Assembly: GCA_013239625.1 (NCBI GenBank)
Contig: MU055657.1
Span: 14,023,125 to 14,087,124, forward strand
Source: Lama guanicoe
Lineage: Eukaryota
DNA length: 64,000 nucleotides
Reading direction: 5' to 3'
The first letter of the stretch is position 1; each line of letters starts with the position of its first letter. Of this stretch, positions 61,641 to 64,000 are shown piece by piece. Both the position numbers and the translations under genes were made by a program. Below the pieces are notes generated by a model that saw only the letters and a program-made list of their open reading frames with translations, had not been told where the DNA came from and made no database searches.

Positions 61641-62443
61641 AGGGAATTAATCATTAATTTATTTTCAGGTTGTTGATTTCTGTTGATTTGTTGATTGCTT
61701 GGCACTGACTTCATGTGTTTCTCAATTACAGTTTGTTCTGTTTCTGGTTCATTTTGTCCATTCTATTTTTGAGCTCAGTTATGTTTACTTTTTTTGTTTT
61801 ATATTTTTGTTTATTGCTGTGAATCAGAAATCTTGCATTTATTGCTGGAACCCAAATTATGATCACTTGAGTCTGATGCCCAATAAGTACTGTCGTATAT
61901 TAACCCCAGCTTCTTCTGCAGGAAAAGCTAAAAAACTCACTGATATGTCCTCCCCCCTCATCTTACTTCTATACATTCTTTCTGTGGCATCAGCACTTTG
62001 CTAGACGTGCTGTTTTCTGCTGATGGAGAAAGGCCTCACCACTCTCTTTCCAAGAGAAGGGACAAAACCCACTGCCTTCTCTTTACTGAGCCCACTCAGT
62101 TTCTCGCTGCACAGCCAAGACTAATGTGTCATGGTTAGTGACACTCTGCTGAAGGTTCCAAGAGAAGCAAAGAGAGCTTCACCAGCCTGTGATCATGACT
62201 TGGGCTCCCTTTTCAGGCCGCTTCTCTCCCCCACTCTCGGTCTAATTTTATGAGGCACGAGCTGCATTACTCTCTGCCATAGAGATGCTCTGCTTATGGC
62301 GCGGGGTCCTAAACAGGAGCCCTGACCCTCAAGAAGAGGAGAAATTTGCAGTCTCAGGCTTGTCTTTGGGGTCCTGTCTTCCTGCTCCTTAGCTAACTCT
62401 CCACTGGGGTGACTGATCTTCAGTAATCTACTGCACTTGAAAT

Positions 62444-62962
62444 TGTATTAGTTTCTTATTGCTGTTGTAACAAATTATCAAAACTTATCATCTTCAAACA
62501 ACACAATTGTATTATGTTATAGTTTTCAAGGTCGGAAGTCCNNNNNNNNNNNNNNNNNNNNNNNNNNNNNNNNNNNNNNNNNNNNNNNNNNNNNNNNNNN
62601 NNNNNNNNNNNNNNNNNNNNNNNNNNNNNNNNNNNNNNNNNNNNNNNNNNNNNNNNNNNNNNNNNNNNNNNNNNNNNCTCCATCTCCAAAGCCAACCCTG
62701 GTCTGTTGAGTCTTTCTCACATCGCATCACTCTGAGTCTGCTTCAGCTGTCACATCTCCTTCTCTGGTTCTTCTGCTTCCCTCTTCTACATTTAAAGGAC
62801 CTTTGTGATTTCATTAGATTCACCCTGACAATCTGGGATAATTTCCTTATGTTAAGGTCAGCTGATTAGCAACCTTAATTCCCCCTTGTCATGTAACATA
62901 ACATGTTCATGGGGTTGGGGGAGTCAGACATGGACATCTTTGGGGTCATTATTCTGCCTGTT
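62444..62962 (-). mobile_element. MaLR solo LTR, MLT1D-like, containing the gap 62542-62677 (136 N)
   Basis: TGTATTAGTTTCTTATTGCTGTTGTAACAAATTA; TTAAGGTCAGCTGATTAGCAACCTTAATTCC; GACATGGACATCTTTGGGGTCATTATTCTGCC. Confidence 0.9.
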
Positions 62963-64000
62963 TTATGCCCAGGATTATAATGGCTCTAAAAAAATCATCA
63001 GAATAGGATAGTTTGGTATCAGTACTTTTACCAAATTTTGTGTTATTTGTCTTAAATATCTTTACAGGTGAGACATCCCTAGCTCTGTCCAGAATGTGCT
63101 GGAGAAATGTAGGTCCACCTCCTATAGGCGGCCATAAGATGAAAGGAATATTGGGTCTTTATGTCTTTCTTTCATATTCCAGGGTCTCCTTACCCATCAC
63201 GTGTAGGCAACTGCTTAGGCAATAGAACATATGTGCCTCCTAAGAGCAAGGGACAATATACATGTAGAAACAGTCTAGACCCATTTTTAGAAAAGGAACT
63301 ATGTCTCTATCAGAAATAAGATTTACAGAGACATAAATTCCTACAACACAACCAATTTATAAGTCTAAACTAAACAAATAAGCATTCTGATTGTAGTATT
63401 TATGTTTGATTTAATCCCTTGTATCCAGCTCTTCCCTTAGGACATATATGGCCCCCCCTCTCTCTTTCTCATTCTCTGTCTCTTTCTCTCCACATTTATA
63501 TGTCCACTTCCAATGTTGCATTTTTTAAATGGAATAATGCAAAAATCTGGTCCAAAGTTAAATTTAGGTCTTCACTTAAGCAAAAAGACTATGTGCAACA
63601 TTTAAATGAATGCTTTTTGTTTAAAATTATTGTGGTTCTATTTACAATATACCCAGTACACACAATGGTCTCACTGCCTGTAGTTTTGATGGCTGAATGG
63701 GATAGATTTTTCAAGACTTGCTAAATTTTAAGATATTTGCTTTTGTTGTCTATATCCAGAGTTTAAGCAAAGAAATGTCATCTCTTTCCTTCCTACCTTA
63801 CATTTCTTTATCATAAATATTGCTAAAAGAACTAGCCAATGAGTTAACACAATTTCTGTCCCTTGTCCCCTCTAAATCCCTGTCTAGTCTTGTCTGAAGT
63901 TTATGTAAGTTTCTCTCACATCTTACAGTATTTCTCTCTCATTTTCAACTTCTAGTCTAGCAAATCTCCTTTGCTCATTTAAGACATTTTTTACCCCTTA

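Noticed and set aside
2740-62869. All ORFs containing long X runs
   Set aside because: Artefacts of reading through N gaps
1-64000. Window-wide enrichment of AP-1 heptamers (about a dozen seen)
   Set aside because: Close to the roughly 8-10 expected by chance in 64 kb; only local clusters were kept
1-64000. CRISPR arrays, prokaryotic systems or non-retroviral endogenous viral elements
   Set aside because: No repeat-spacer arrays and no viral-like peptides recognised; a degraded EVE cannot be excluded without tblastn

Overview
Mammalian (eutherian) nuclear DNA, AT-rich and CpG-depleted. It is almost certainly camelid (Camelus/Vicugna/Lama), because it carries two tRNA-Ala-derived SINEs with the camelid Vic-1-type ACCTAATTACC tail. 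The assembly is a draft scaffold with six short N-gaps. I recognise no protein-coding gene, rRNA, true tRNA, snoRNA or miRNA, so the 64 kb looks intergenic or like part of a very long intron. A large fraction is old interspersed repeat: MIR, L2, L1M, MaLR MLT1 LTRs and hAT/TcMar DNA transposons, several nested with readable target-site duplications (TSDs). The ORF track is mostly noise from non-ATG starts, repeat-derived ORFs and N-runs. Items most worth checking: (1) a 61-aa Kozak-initiated, CpG-rich small ORF at 42293-42478 with a signal-peptide / pro-segment / RR / six-cysteine architecture; (2) an AG|GTAAG recursive-splice-type motif at 31520 next to a small CpG patch; (3) an apparently LTR-internal-LTR MLT1 element with two nested insertions; (4) several isolated exon-like segments that might belong to unannotated lncRNAs. 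None of these is established from the sequence alone, and I cannot claim a new biological system. Repeat subfamily names and most boundaries are by eye and approximate.
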